From the NCBI GenBank assembly GCA_963797825.1, contig CAWCRR010000041.1, positions 24,436-88,435 of the forward strand: a stretch of 64,000 nucleotides of DNA, in the 5' to 3' direction. Shown here piece by piece: positions 44,510-53,596 of this stretch; positions within the stretch are counted from its first letter, which is position 1, and the number at the start of each line of letters is the position of its first letter. Position numbers and translations under genes: made by a program. The DNA comes from an uncultured Verrucomicrobiae bacterium (GTDB lineage Bacteria; Verrucomicrobiota; Verrucomicrobiia; Limisphaerales; UBA11358). The notes below the pieces were generated by a model that had not been told where the DNA came from, searched no databases, and was given only the letters and a program-made list of their open reading frames with translations.

Positions 44510-45746
44510 AAAATATGCGATCCTGTACGTGGACGACGAGGAAAAGTCGCTGTCGAATTTCTCGCGCGCCTTTGGAGGGGAGTTCCGCGTTTTTACGGCT
44601 TCGACAGCGCAGGCCGGGTTTGCGCTCCTGCAAAAGCACGCCGACGAGATCGGCCTGTTGATGACCGATCAGCGGATGCCGGGCGAAAAGGGCGTCTGGC
44701 TTCTGGAGAAAGCGCGGCAATTTCGCCCCAACACTTTGCGCGTGCTGGTGACGGCCTACGCGGACATGGAGGCGGCCATCGCCGCTGTCAACAGCGGCGC
44801 CATTTACAAATATGTCACCAAGCCCTGGGACCCGCCGCAATTGGAATTGACGCTGCGGCAGGGGCTGGAGTTTTTCATGGTGCAAACCGAGCGCGACCAG
44901 TTGCTGCACGAAAAAATGTCCGTGCTGCGCAACATGATGATCGCCGACCGCATCGTCAGCCTGGGGTTGCTCGCCGCCGGCCTGAGCCATCAGATCCGCA
45001 ATTCGCTCGTGGCCGTGAAAACATTCCTCGACCTGGCGCCCAAAAAAATGGCGGAGGAGCGCGCCAGCACCAATGGCCTTCGCAATCCAGACTTTTGGAA
45101 GGACTACCACTCGAACGTCCAATCCCAGATCGAAAAGATCAACGGTTTGTTGAAGGATTTGTGGGTGGCGTCCGAAAATTCGTCCACCCCGTTTGCCGAT
45201 GAGGTTTCCCTGCACGAAGCCGTTGCCGAAAGCCTGGAGGCTTTTAAGGAGCCATTCGCCGGAAGGCGGATCGAAGTGGAGACCAATATTCCAGAGTCCT
45301 TGCCAAAAATGAAGGTGGACAAGCCCAAATTCAAGCGCCTGTTCGAGCTGATCTTCAAGGAGGAGATCGCGACCCTGCCGGCCGGTTGCAAAATTTCCCT
45401 GTCGGCGGAATTGCAAGGCGGCGCCAAGCCCGAAATTTTTGTCCGCATCAGCGACAACGGTCCCGGCCTGCCGCCGGACGCCCTGCGCGTGGTGTTCGAT
45501 CCGTTCGTCGTGCGTGAATCCGTTCCCAGCGAATATGGCATCAACCTGATGGCCTGCTTTTTTATCGTGCATCACCACGGCGGAACGATTGACGCCAAGA
45601 GTTTGTCTGGCCGCGGAACGACCTTCACGATCCGGTTGCCGTTGCACCCCGAACGGGCGCCCATGGAAAAGCCCGGCGACAATGATTATCTCCAGAAGGC
45701 CCTGCTGAACGACGAACTGTGGAAGAAATTGATCGCAGGGGGCTGA
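44484..45746 (+). CDS. Response regulator receiver fused to a kinase-like output domain
   Basis: The REC domain has ILYVDDEEKS..MTDQRMPGEKG..KPWD. It is followed by H-box-like SHQIRNSL, SDNGPGL and a weak N-box. I chose the ATG at 44484; the ORF opens at 44388 and overlaps the upstream kinase. Confidence 0.8.
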   Translation: MMNNFYDYKKYAILYVDDEEKSLSNFSRAFGGEFRVFTASTAQAGFALLQKHADEIGLLMTDQRMPGEKGVWLLEKARQFRPNTLRVLVTAYADMEAAIAAVNSGAIYKYVTKPWDPPQLELTLRQGLEFFMVQTERDQLLHEKMSVLRNMMIADRIVSLGLLAAGLSHQIRNSLVAVKTFLDLAPKKMAEERASTNGLRNPDFWKDYHSNVQSQIEKINGLLKDLWVASENSSTPFADEVSLHEAVAESLEAFKEPFAGRRIEVETNIPESLPKMKVDKPKFKRLFELIFKEEIATLPAGCKISLSAELQGGAKPEIFVRISDNGPGLPPDALRVVFDPFVVRESVPSEYGINLMACFFIVHHHGGTIDAKSLSGRGTTFTIRLPLHPERAPMEKPGDNDYLQKALLNDELWKKLIAGG

Positions 45747-45997
45747 TTGGAATTCATTGGAATTCATTGGAATTGGTTGAGAGGAATTTGAGTTGAAGGT
45801 TGAGAGCATAAACGTCAATTCGCGTCAATTCGCGTCAATTTGCGTCCGGGGGTTTTCCTTATTAAATGTAAATTCGCGTTAATTCGCGTTAATTCGCGTA
45901 ATGTGACCAAAGAAGCTTTAAACGCAAGATCGCGCAAGACCGCGCAAGAAGGCGCAACGAACGGACGATTGGATAAATGGATAAATGGATAATTGGA
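45746..45997. repeat. Five adjacent 9-10-bp tandem arrays
   Basis: The arrays are attggaattc x2.5, gtcaattcgc x3, aattcgcgtt x3, cgcaagaNcg x3 and ggataaat(g) x3, read in series. Confidence 0.85.
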
Positions 45998-46292
45998 TTG
46001 TTGGAGGGTTGGGGAGGATTCAGAAGCCCCGTTACCTCCTCCCTCCGCAGTGCTGCTACGGAGGACGGGTCGGCTCCTACGATAACATTTTGGCGCACTT
46101 CGCATGTTGGCATGATACCACAAGGGAAAGGGACGTAATGTTGCCCCGTAACAAAATCGTCAACCACGAAAGGACGCGAATAAACGCCAATTTGGGCCTG
46201 AAAAGTGGAAACATTTAATTGTGGAGTGCGGATCGCGAAGTGCGGAATTGTTACAGAAGGGAATAAAGAAAATGAACCCCCCGGGAAAGGGA

Positions 46293-46571
46293 TCAAATCC
46301 CCATGACTTCTCGCAATTTCGTATCAACCTGTATTTGATGCATCTTCATTGCTAAAAGCAAATTTCGATAGTCTACCAATCCAGCCTTCCAGTGTGGATG
46401 CTCATAGCCATTTGCTAGGTAAAACTTTTTGAAAATAAGAACGTGGCGTTTCATCAGCGGCTCGGCTTGCTCCAGACGGTTCATGGCAATGAGCACCGTT
46501 GAGAGATTGTGAAGATGGATGGCAAGAGTTGGATGATCCGGGCCAAAGCTTTTCTCGTCGATGGCCAACAT
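46293..46571 (-). pseudogene. C-terminal fragment of a TPR (kinesin-light-chain-like) protein
   Basis: 92 aa. GPDHPTLAIHLHNLSTVLIAMNRLEQAEPLMKRHV is a TPR_12-like repeat. No upstream continuation exists. Confidence 0.5.
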
Positions 46572-46628
46572 AATCGAACGGGTCAGTAGTCAGTAATCCA
46601 AAGTCGGGAAAGGTGCAGGGTACAAAGA

Positions 46629-47003
46629 ATGAAAGTGTCAAAAGTGAGGACTGACACGTTTTGGCGGTATTTGTGTCCCAAGTTTCACCGCCAAAGCTTT
46701 CATGAATTTGCCAAGGAAAGCATTTTATGGAGCCGTTGGGCGGCCGCTTACTATTTACAGCAACGCACCAAAGGCGGCTCGCATCACACTGCGGTCCGCG
46801 CCCTGGCCTTCAAATGGCAGCGGATTATCTGGCGCTGCTGGCAGGACCGGCGACCCTATGACCAGACCATCTATGAAGCATCCTTGATAAAACATGGCAG
46901 CCCGATTGTCGCGCTGTTCGACCGCGTGGACTTGGGCAAAAGCCCGTGGAAACATCCGGCGAACAAAATTGAAAAATCCGTTGACGGATTACCTCAGAGG
47001 TGA
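46629..47003 (+). pseudogene. 3' fragment of an IS110-family transposase gene
   Basis: AAYYLQQRTKGGSHHTAVRALAFKWQRIIWRCWQDRRPYDQTIY is the conserved IS110/IS116/IS902 C-terminal block. The N-terminal DEDD domain is absent. Confidence 0.7.
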
Positions 47004-47095
47004 GCTGAGCCACGCCGACGGGCGAGTGGCTCCGCAAGCTCGATAACCGTTGTATAACCCAAACCATCCATAAACTCAAGGGGCAGTCGGCGTTG

Positions 47096-48593
47096 TGTCG
47101 GAACTTAATGAGAATGTCCCTATTTGAACTTAATGGAAATGTCCCTATTGGGAGAGGATGGCGGCAGCCATCCTGTCCCGGACATGGAGACATTGACAAT
47201 GAATCGGAAAGAACGGAATCGGATCACGATCATGGCGGGGATCAAAAGCAAAGCGCTGAGCCAGGTGGAGGCAGCGGGACTGATGGGGGTGGGCTATCGG
47301 CAAGCCAAGCGGATCTGGCGGCGGTATCAAGCGCAAGGGGATGCTGGTTTGGTGCATGGGCTGCGCGGCAAACCGGGGCTGCGGCGCAAGGCCCCCGCCG
47401 TGCGCACGCTAGTGCTGGCGCGTTACGCTGAGGAACGCTACGCGGATTTCGGACCCACGCTGCTGGCCGAGGAGTTGGCCAAGGAAGGGATCGTGGTGGA
47501 TCACGACACGGTCCGGCGGTGGTTGCTGGCCGAGGGGAAGCTCACGGTGCGCCGACGCAAGCAAGTGCATCGGCAATGGCGGGAGCGCAAGCCCTGTTTC
47601 GGGGCGATGGTGCAACTGGACGGCTCGCATCACGACTGGTTTGAAGGACGGCGGGAGAAGTGTGTACTGATGGTGATGGTGGATGACGCGACCAACCGGA
47701 TGCGGGCGCGTTTTTCCGAGGAAGAAACGACGCGGGCCAGCTACGATGTGTTGGAAAGCTGGGGACGCAAGCACCGTTTGCCTGGGAGCTTGTACGTGGA
47801 TCGGGACAGCATCTACCGCTGCGAAGGGGCGGCCAGCGTAGCCGATCAACTGGCCGGCAAAGAACGGCAAACGCAGTTTGGCCGGGCGATGGCGACGTTG
47901 GGGGTGGAACTAATTTTGGCCAATAGTCCGCAGGCCAAAGGCCGGGTGGAACGGATGAACGGAGTGTTGCAAGACCGACTGGTCAAGGCATTGCGACTGG
48001 CCAAGATCAACGACCTGGAAAGTGCGAACCGGTTTCTGGAAGAAACCTATCTGGGAGAGTTCAACCAGCGGTTTGCGCGGAAGGCGGCCAGCCCGATGGA
48101 CGCGCATCGAGGGCTGCCCCGGAACTTGAACGAAGTTTTGAGTTGGGAAGAAGAACGGGTGGTGCAACGGGATTGGACCGTGGGCTGTGAAGGAAAATGG
48201 TATCAACTGGACCAGCAACATGAGGCGTTGAGCCTGGTTGGACGCAAAGTGGTGGTGCGGACGCTGCGGGACGGGCGGGTGCAACTGGTCTATCGCGGGC
48301 AGAAACTCAAGTGGCGCCAACTGCCGCAACGGCCCGCGCATCTCAAGCCAGTCAAGCCCCTAACCGCCAGACCCGCGAATCAACCGCCAGGGGCAGGCCA
48401 CCCGTGGCGGCGTCCGCTGTTGGCGGGCGGGCGGGCAGTGCGGTTTGGGTTGGGGGATTCCGGTCGGCCTCCGCTACGCTCCGGCCTCCCTCCATCCCCC
48501 AACCCAAACCGGGAAACAAACAAACAACATCAACCAACAAAAGGGGACATTTTCTCCTAAGTTATCAAGGGGACATTTCTATTAAGTTTTGAC
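47096..48593 (+). mobile_element. ISNCY-family insertion sequence (about 1.5 kb)
   Basis: The imperfect terminal IRs are tgtcggaacttaatgagaatgtccc and gggacatttctattaagttttgac. Each end carries a second subterminal copy of the aacttaatgNaaatgtccc motif. A 17-bp direct repeat aggggcagtcggcgttg flanks both ends (47079-47095, 48594-48610). Confidence 0.85.
47184..48560 (+). CDS. ISNCY-family DDE transposase
   Basis: It has an N-terminal HTH (LSQVEAAGLMGVGYRQAKRIWRRY). The integrase-core blocks are VQLDGSHHDWF, VMVDDATN and QAKGRVERMNGVLQDRL. I chose the ATG at 47184; the ORF opens at 47124. Confidence 0.85.
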   Translation: METLTMNRKERNRITIMAGIKSKALSQVEAAGLMGVGYRQAKRIWRRYQAQGDAGLVHGLRGKPGLRRKAPAVRTLVLARYAEERYADFGPTLLAEELAKEGIVVDHDTVRRWLLAEGKLTVRRRKQVHRQWRERKPCFGAMVQLDGSHHDWFEGRREKCVLMVMVDDATNRMRARFSEEETTRASYDVLESWGRKHRLPGSLYVDRDSIYRCEGAASVADQLAGKERQTQFGRAMATLGVELILANSPQAKGRVERMNGVLQDRLVKALRLAKINDLESANRFLEETYLGEFNQRFARKAASPMDAHRGLPRNLNEVLSWEEERVVQRDWTVGCEGKWYQLDQQHEALSLVGRKVVVRTLRDGRVQLVYRGQKLKWRQLPQRPAHLKPVKPLTARPANQPPGAGHPWRRPLLAGGRAVRFGLGDSGRPPLRSGLPPSPNPNRETNKQHQPTKGDIFS

Positions 48594-49367
48594 AGGGGCA
48601 GTCGGCGTTGGCTCCAGCGCGGAGGCGCAATCACGCTTCAAATTTTCGGGTCAATCTGCGACTTGAGCTTCTCGACATCCTTTTTCAGTGCTGACACCTG
48701 ACTCAGCGCTGCCAACCCAAAAATAAAACCCATCACCCCAAAAATGTATCCAAGTGCTTCCATATCTTTGATTCCTTTCTTTTGTGTTTTTCGATGCGCC
48801 TAACATATTATTAGGCCGCAAACTGCGGTAATAATTTTGTCGGTTTCAAGACTATATTTCTTTGTTTTCCATTTGTCCAGAACAGCTTAACCTCGGAAAT
48901 CCTGAAGATATGAATATTGCAATTGCCGCACGCAAGGAAAAGTTTGTCCCCGATCCAAAGTTGCGCTTGCGGGAGCGAAAAGAAAAGGGGTCTGTTAATG
49001 ATATTGTCATATTTTTAGAAAACTTCGCAATGGTTTTCCGGCCCGAACCCTTTGTTTTCGCCGGCTCAACAGGAAGGCCAGGCCCCGTCTCCGCTTCGCT
49101 TCGACGCGACCGCGCCGAAGCCGTAGCGAAGGCGGGGAGTGCGGTGGCTGGCGGGGAATGGGGCTGACACCGCTTTCGAATGGCCTCGGCGCGTGCGAAC
49201 GTAAAAGCGGTGTGAAGCCCCCACCCCTCACCCACCGCACTGCACGACGCTGGCGCGCTTTTCGGCCATCCCCAGCCGGAGCGTGGCTACAGAATTAGTT
49301 GAACCGCTCTCTATGTTGAATGTTGGATGTTGGATGCCACGGCCCGGTGCAACGCGCACGGACAATT

Positions 49368-49437
49368 GAATCGCAAACCCACCGGTGAATCGGTGGGCTA
49401 TGGTCTTTCGCCCTGCCGGGCTTTCCCAGGGTGTCTT
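49368..49437. repeat. Family D repeat copy
   Basis: gaatcgcaaacccaccgNtgaatcggtgggctatggtctttcgccctgccgggctttccc is shared with 53481-53540. It contains the hairpin cccaccg/cggtggg. Confidence 0.8.
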
Positions 49438-49485
49438 TGCGGAGAATGAGGAATGCAGAATGAAGAAATAGGGCAATGCCCCCCT

Positions 49486-49800
49486 GAACCCCGCGGACCC
49501 TCACCTCACCCTGACCCTCTCCCCTCCCATCCGACCGGCCTTCGCCTCGCTTCGGCGGGGCAGGCCCGCCTTCGCCCGGCTACGGCCCGGCAGGTGGGAG
49601 CGGAGAGGGAACAGCAGGCGGATGCTCGTTGTAGCTCTAATGTAGGGCAGCAAGCGGCAGGTTCATTCGTCTTTGCTGCGCTTCCGCCGCCGCTAAAGCT
49701 TCCATCTTCGCTAAAGCTACGACGGACGTGATGGCGAGACAAGTTGACGCGACAAGGGGGTTCAATGCGCGAAACGAATCGGGAATTTTTACAGGGCGTA
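49486..49800 (+). repeat. Family A repeat copy
   Basis: It starts with ctcacctcaccctgaccctctcccctcccatccga. The segment around 49600-49790 is nearly identical to 53720-53910. Boundaries are approximate. Confidence 0.8.
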
Positions 49801-49913
49801 GCATTCGTGGATGGCTCTCCGCCGATGGCGTTGCCCCCGGCTACGATAGTTCAGGCCGCAGGCCTGCTGATTTCAGGTTGCCCCGCGTGCGTCGCGCCGA
49901 ATACTCTTGGCGG

Positions 49914-50987
49914 ATGCGGTTGCTCGACCGATACCTGTTCCGCGAATTGCTTACGCCGCTGGCTTATTGCCTCGGCGGGTTCCTTATTTTCTTGATGTCA
50001 TGGAACCTCTTCAACGAGTTGGACAAGTTGCAGCAGGCAAAATTGCATTTGGTGGATATCGTCGAATATTGCATCGCCATGACGCCGGAATTTCTGGCCA
50101 CAATATTGCCCCTGGTATTGCTGCTCGCGTTGCTTTTCGCGCTGACGAATCACGCCCGGCATAATGAAATCACGGCCATGCGCGCCGCCGGCCTGAGTTT
50201 ATGGCGGATTTGCCTGCCCTATTTCATCGTTGGTTGCGCGGCGGGAATCGTTTTGTTTGTGTTGAACGAATTTTGCATGCTGCGCTGCGCGGATTGGGGG
50301 GACCAGATCTTGAACCGTTATGTTCCCCACCAAACCTATGAACCGGCCAAGGAGGGTTTTCAAAATGATCGGGTGAACCGGAAATGGATTTTTGACAAAT
50401 TGGATTACCCCAAGGCGGAACTGCTCCATGTCCAGGTCAACTGGCAGGCGCCGGGCGAGTCGGGCCTGCAATTGAACGCCGACCATGCAATGTATGCCAA
50501 TGGCGTGTGGACTTTTTATGACGTATCGGAATATGGCCAGCACGTGCTGGCGCAAACCAATGCGCTGGCGATGCCTGAATTCCACGAAACGCCGGAAGAG
50601 ATGAGAATTGAAATCGAAATCAACAATGCGGAACTGCTCGGCTCGCACAAGATTGCTGTTCCGCTGCCGGACATCTTTGATTATCTGCGCCTGCGTCCGG
50701 GAGAGGCGTCGCCGTGGTTGAGAACGCAGTTGCAAGAGCACCTCGCCGCCCCGTTCGTCTGTCCCATTGTTGTGCTGATTGCGATCCCCTTTGGCGCAGG
50801 CTCCGGCCGGCGCAATTTGTTTTTCGGTGTCGCCGGCAGCATTTTTATCGTGTTTGCTTACATTGTGATTCAAAAGGTCGGCATCGCCATTGGGCAGACG
50901 GGAAATTTACCGGCCTGGCTGGCCGCGTGGTCGCCGGATTTTCTCTTTGCCGCCGCCGGGATTTTTTTGACGATGCGCGTGAGATGA
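49914..50987 (+). CDS. LptF/LptG-family (YjgP/YjgQ) permease
   Basis: 357 aa from the ATG at 49914. The MRLLDRYLFRELL N-terminus is typical of the family. It has six TM segments around a periplasmic beta-jellyroll-sized loop. Confidence 0.8.
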   Translation: MRLLDRYLFRELLTPLAYCLGGFLIFLMSWNLFNELDKLQQAKLHLVDIVEYCIAMTPEFLATILPLVLLLALLFALTNHARHNEITAMRAAGLSLWRICLPYFIVGCAAGIVLFVLNEFCMLRCADWGDQILNRYVPHQTYEPAKEGFQNDRVNRKWIFDKLDYPKAELLHVQVNWQAPGESGLQLNADHAMYANGVWTFYDVSEYGQHVLAQTNALAMPEFHETPEEMRIEIEINNAELLGSHKIAVPLPDIFDYLRLRPGEASPWLRTQLQEHLAAPFVCPIVVLIAIPFGAGSGRRNLFFGVAGSIFIVFAYIVIQKVGIAIGQTGNLPAWLAAWSPDFLFAAAGIFLTMRVR

Positions 50988-50988
50988 A

Positions 50989-51167
50989 GGCGCATCTTGA
51001 CACTGTCTTGAATCGTTCCGCCCGCTCTGCGCGGGCGGGGACATCGCAGCCCGTCCTCCGTAGCGACACTGCGGAGGGTGGACGCGATGTCCCTACCAAA
51101 AGCGCTGCTGGACGCGGCGCGGACGGCGCAGCGCGCCGTCCCTACCAGGAACAGTGTCAAGATGCGA
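50989..51167. repeat. TIR-bounded REP composite (family B) filling the whole intergenic region
   Basis: ggcgcatcttgacactgtc at the left faces gacagtgtcaagatgcg at the right. The interior carries gggacatcgc..gcgatgtccctac and ggacggcgcagcgcgccgtccctac hairpins. The sister element is at 57537-57705. Confidence 0.75.
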
Positions 51168-52890
51168 GTGCGATAAAACCGTGAACGACGAATTGGAAAA
51201 AACGAAAGCGCGCCTGGAGCGGCTGCAATTGCTCTACCAGGTCAGCAACGTCATCCATTCAACGCTCGAACCGCAGGAAGCGTTGCAATTGATCGTGCGC
51301 GAGGCCGTTCGCCTGATGAATGCGAGCAGCGGGTCGCTGGTGCTCATCAACCCCACAACCAGCTTCCTGGAGATCCATGCCTCGCAAAACCTGCCCGCGT
51401 CGGCGGCGAAATTGCAATTGCGGGTGGGCGAAGGCGTCACGGGCTGGGTGGCACGCCACGGAAAACCCGCGTGCGTCGGCGACGTGCGGCATGACGAGCG
51501 CTACATCGTGGCGCGCCGGGGCGTGAGGTCGGAATTGGCCGTGCCGTTGGAAGTCAATGGCGAGGTCCGCGGGGTGATCAATGTCGATTCCGACCGCGCG
51601 AATGCCTTCAGCCATGACGACCAGGAATTGTTGCAAGAGCTTGCCGTTCAAGCGGCTAAAGTCATCCAGAACACCTGGCTCTTCGAGCAGTTGCGTTTAA
51701 AGGCCCGGTTATTCGAATCCCTGGTTGCGGTCAGCCGCGCGATCAATTCCACGTTGAACCTTGATGAAGCCTTGCGGGCCATCACGCGGGAGGCCAGCGA
51801 ATTAATGCGGGCGCGCATGTGCTCGCTGATGATGCTGGATGATTCGCGCGAATGGCTGGATCTGCGCGCGAGCCACGGCGCGGGGGCGGCTTATCTCAAA
51901 AAACCGCGATTGAGCGTGGGAGACAGTTTCCTGGGCGTGGTGGTGCGCCGGAAAAAGCCGATGCAACTGGAAAATGTCCAGACTTCGACCCGCTATCAAA
52001 ACGTGGAGATGGCTCGGCGCGAGGGCCTGATTTCCCTGCTCAGCGTGCCGCTGCTCTTTGCCAATGAAGCGATCGGCACGCTGAACGTTTATAGCGGCGA
52101 GCCTTATCATTTTTCCAACGAGGAAATCCGCATCCTGAGCGCCCTGGCGGAACTCTCGGCCATCGCCATCGAGAAAGCGCGGCTGTACGAGCGCATCGTG
52201 GACGTGGAAGAGCAATTGCGGCAGAACGAAAAATTGTCCGCACTCGGATTGCTCGCGGCGGAGGTCGCCCACGAAATCCGCAATCCGCTCACGGTGATGA
52301 AATTGTTGTATCATTCGCTGCAACTGAAATTTCCCGCCGGCGATCCCCGCACCAAAGACGCCCAGATCATCGATGGAAAAATCGAGCATCTCAACAAGAT
52401 CGTGGAACAGGTCCTGGATTTTGCGCGCACCACCGAGCCGACTCTGGCGCCGGTGGACCTGAACGAACTCATTGACGAATTGGGACTTCTGGTGCGGCAT
52501 AAAATGGCCAATCAGAACATCAAAATGCTCTTGAAATTACAGGCGGATTTGCCGTCCGTCATGGGCGACGCCACCCAGTTGGAGCAGGCATTTTTGAACC
52601 TGATTCTTAACGCCGCCGAAGCCATGCCCGAAGGCGGAACGTTGACGGTGAGATCACGCGCCGTTTCACCCACGCAGATCGCCGTGGAATTCAAGGATAC
52701 CGGGGCCGGCATGAGTGAAGAATTGCAACGCCGCGCCTTCACCGCTGTCTTGAGCTCCACCAAAGCCAAAGGGACCGGCCTGGGATTGGCTATTATCGGC
52801 AGGATTGTTGAAACGCATCACGGCGCCATCCGCATCAAATCCTCTCCCGGCCGCGGAACGAATATCATTATCACCTTGCCAGTGAAATAG
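51154..52890 (+). CDS. Cytoplasmic sensor histidine kinase with two GAF domains
   Basis: 578 aa. It has a coiled N-terminus and two GAF-like regions. The kinase motifs are H-box EVAHEIRNPLT, N-box LNLILNAAEA, DTGAGM and GTGLGLAI. The ATG at 51154 lies inside the repeat, and GTG at 51181 is an alternative start. Confidence 0.85.
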   Translation: MSRCECDKTVNDELEKTKARLERLQLLYQVSNVIHSTLEPQEALQLIVREAVRLMNASSGSLVLINPTTSFLEIHASQNLPASAAKLQLRVGEGVTGWVARHGKPACVGDVRHDERYIVARRGVRSELAVPLEVNGEVRGVINVDSDRANAFSHDDQELLQELAVQAAKVIQNTWLFEQLRLKARLFESLVAVSRAINSTLNLDEALRAITREASELMRARMCSLMMLDDSREWLDLRASHGAGAAYLKKPRLSVGDSFLGVVVRRKKPMQLENVQTSTRYQNVEMARREGLISLLSVPLLFANEAIGTLNVYSGEPYHFSNEEIRILSALAELSAIAIEKARLYERIVDVEEQLRQNEKLSALGLLAAEVAHEIRNPLTVMKLLYHSLQLKFPAGDPRTKDAQIIDGKIEHLNKIVEQVLDFARTTEPTLAPVDLNELIDELGLLVRHKMANQNIKMLLKLQADLPSVMGDATQLEQAFLNLILNAAEAMPEGGTLTVRSRAVSPTQIAVEFKDTGAGMSEELQRRAFTAVLSSTKAKGTGLGLAIIGRIVETHHGAIRIKSSPGRGTNIIITLPVK

Positions 52891-53024
52891 TCTGGCGGGG
52901 AGTCGGTAGTTTGTAGTCAGTAACGCCAATTGGCCCGAACTAACACAGAACTGAATGGCGGGAAGCGGGAAAGCCTCAAAAAAAATCACAAAAGTTAGCC
53001 TTTCTCTTTTCTCACCCCTCACCC

Positions 53025-53196
53025 CACTGCTGTCCAGTTAAGAGTTGGTCAAAAATGATTTCAATCAATGTTCATCGGGTTAAAGGCAAAGGGCGAGGTG
53101 TCCTCGATTGAAAATCAAATGTGCAAATCACCAAGTTGTTTTCCTTGGAAATACGCATATTTTAATCTTCAAATTGGCCTTAACTGGACAGCAGTG
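53025..53196. mobile_element. 172-bp MITE with 18-bp perfect TIRs and 10-bp target duplication
   Basis: cactgctgtccagttaag (53025-53042) is the reverse complement of 53179-53196. Both ends are flanked by cccctcaccc (53015-53024, 53197-53206). The interior is AT-rich. Confidence 0.8.
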
Positions 53197-53206
53197 CCCC
53201 TCACCC

Positions 53207-53325
53207 TGACCCTTTCCATGAACCTTGGGGAACCCTCACCTCACCCTGACCCTCTCCCCTCCCATCCGACCGGCCTTCGCCCGGCTACGGCCCGGCAGGT
53301 GGGAGCGGAGAGGGGACAGGAAGAG
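53207..53325 (+). repeat. Family A repeat, partial copy
   Basis: ccatgaaccttggggaaccctcacctcaccctgaccctctcccctcccatccgaccggcc... matches the first part of 53597-53945. Confidence 0.75.
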
Positions 53326-53480
53326 GACATCAACTGTTGTTCAATGCCAAGCACGATGCGGCAGGTTCATGGTGCCAATGCAGGCGAAAAAGCGCGAGGA
53401 GGCTCTCCATGAACCGGGGATGGAGGGGACAGATAGGACGCGGGGAATTCTGCCGTCCCTACCGGGACTCCGTCTGAAAT

Positions 53481-53540
53481 GAATCGCAAACCCACCGATG
53501 AATCGGTGGGCTATGGTCTTTCGCCCTGCCGGGCTTTCCC
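53481..53540. repeat. Family D repeat copy
   Basis: See 49368-49437. The two copies are nearly identical over about 60 nt. Confidence 0.8.
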
Positions 53541-53596
53541 GACGAAGGAACCCTCTGGTCCACGCCGGCGCGCACGGAGTGACGCGCCCTACCGCC

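Noticed and set aside
45746-45997. Possible CRISPR array, given the many short direct repeats.
   Set aside because: Units are only 9-10 bp and directly adjacent without unique spacers. Five different units follow each other. No cas genes are nearby.
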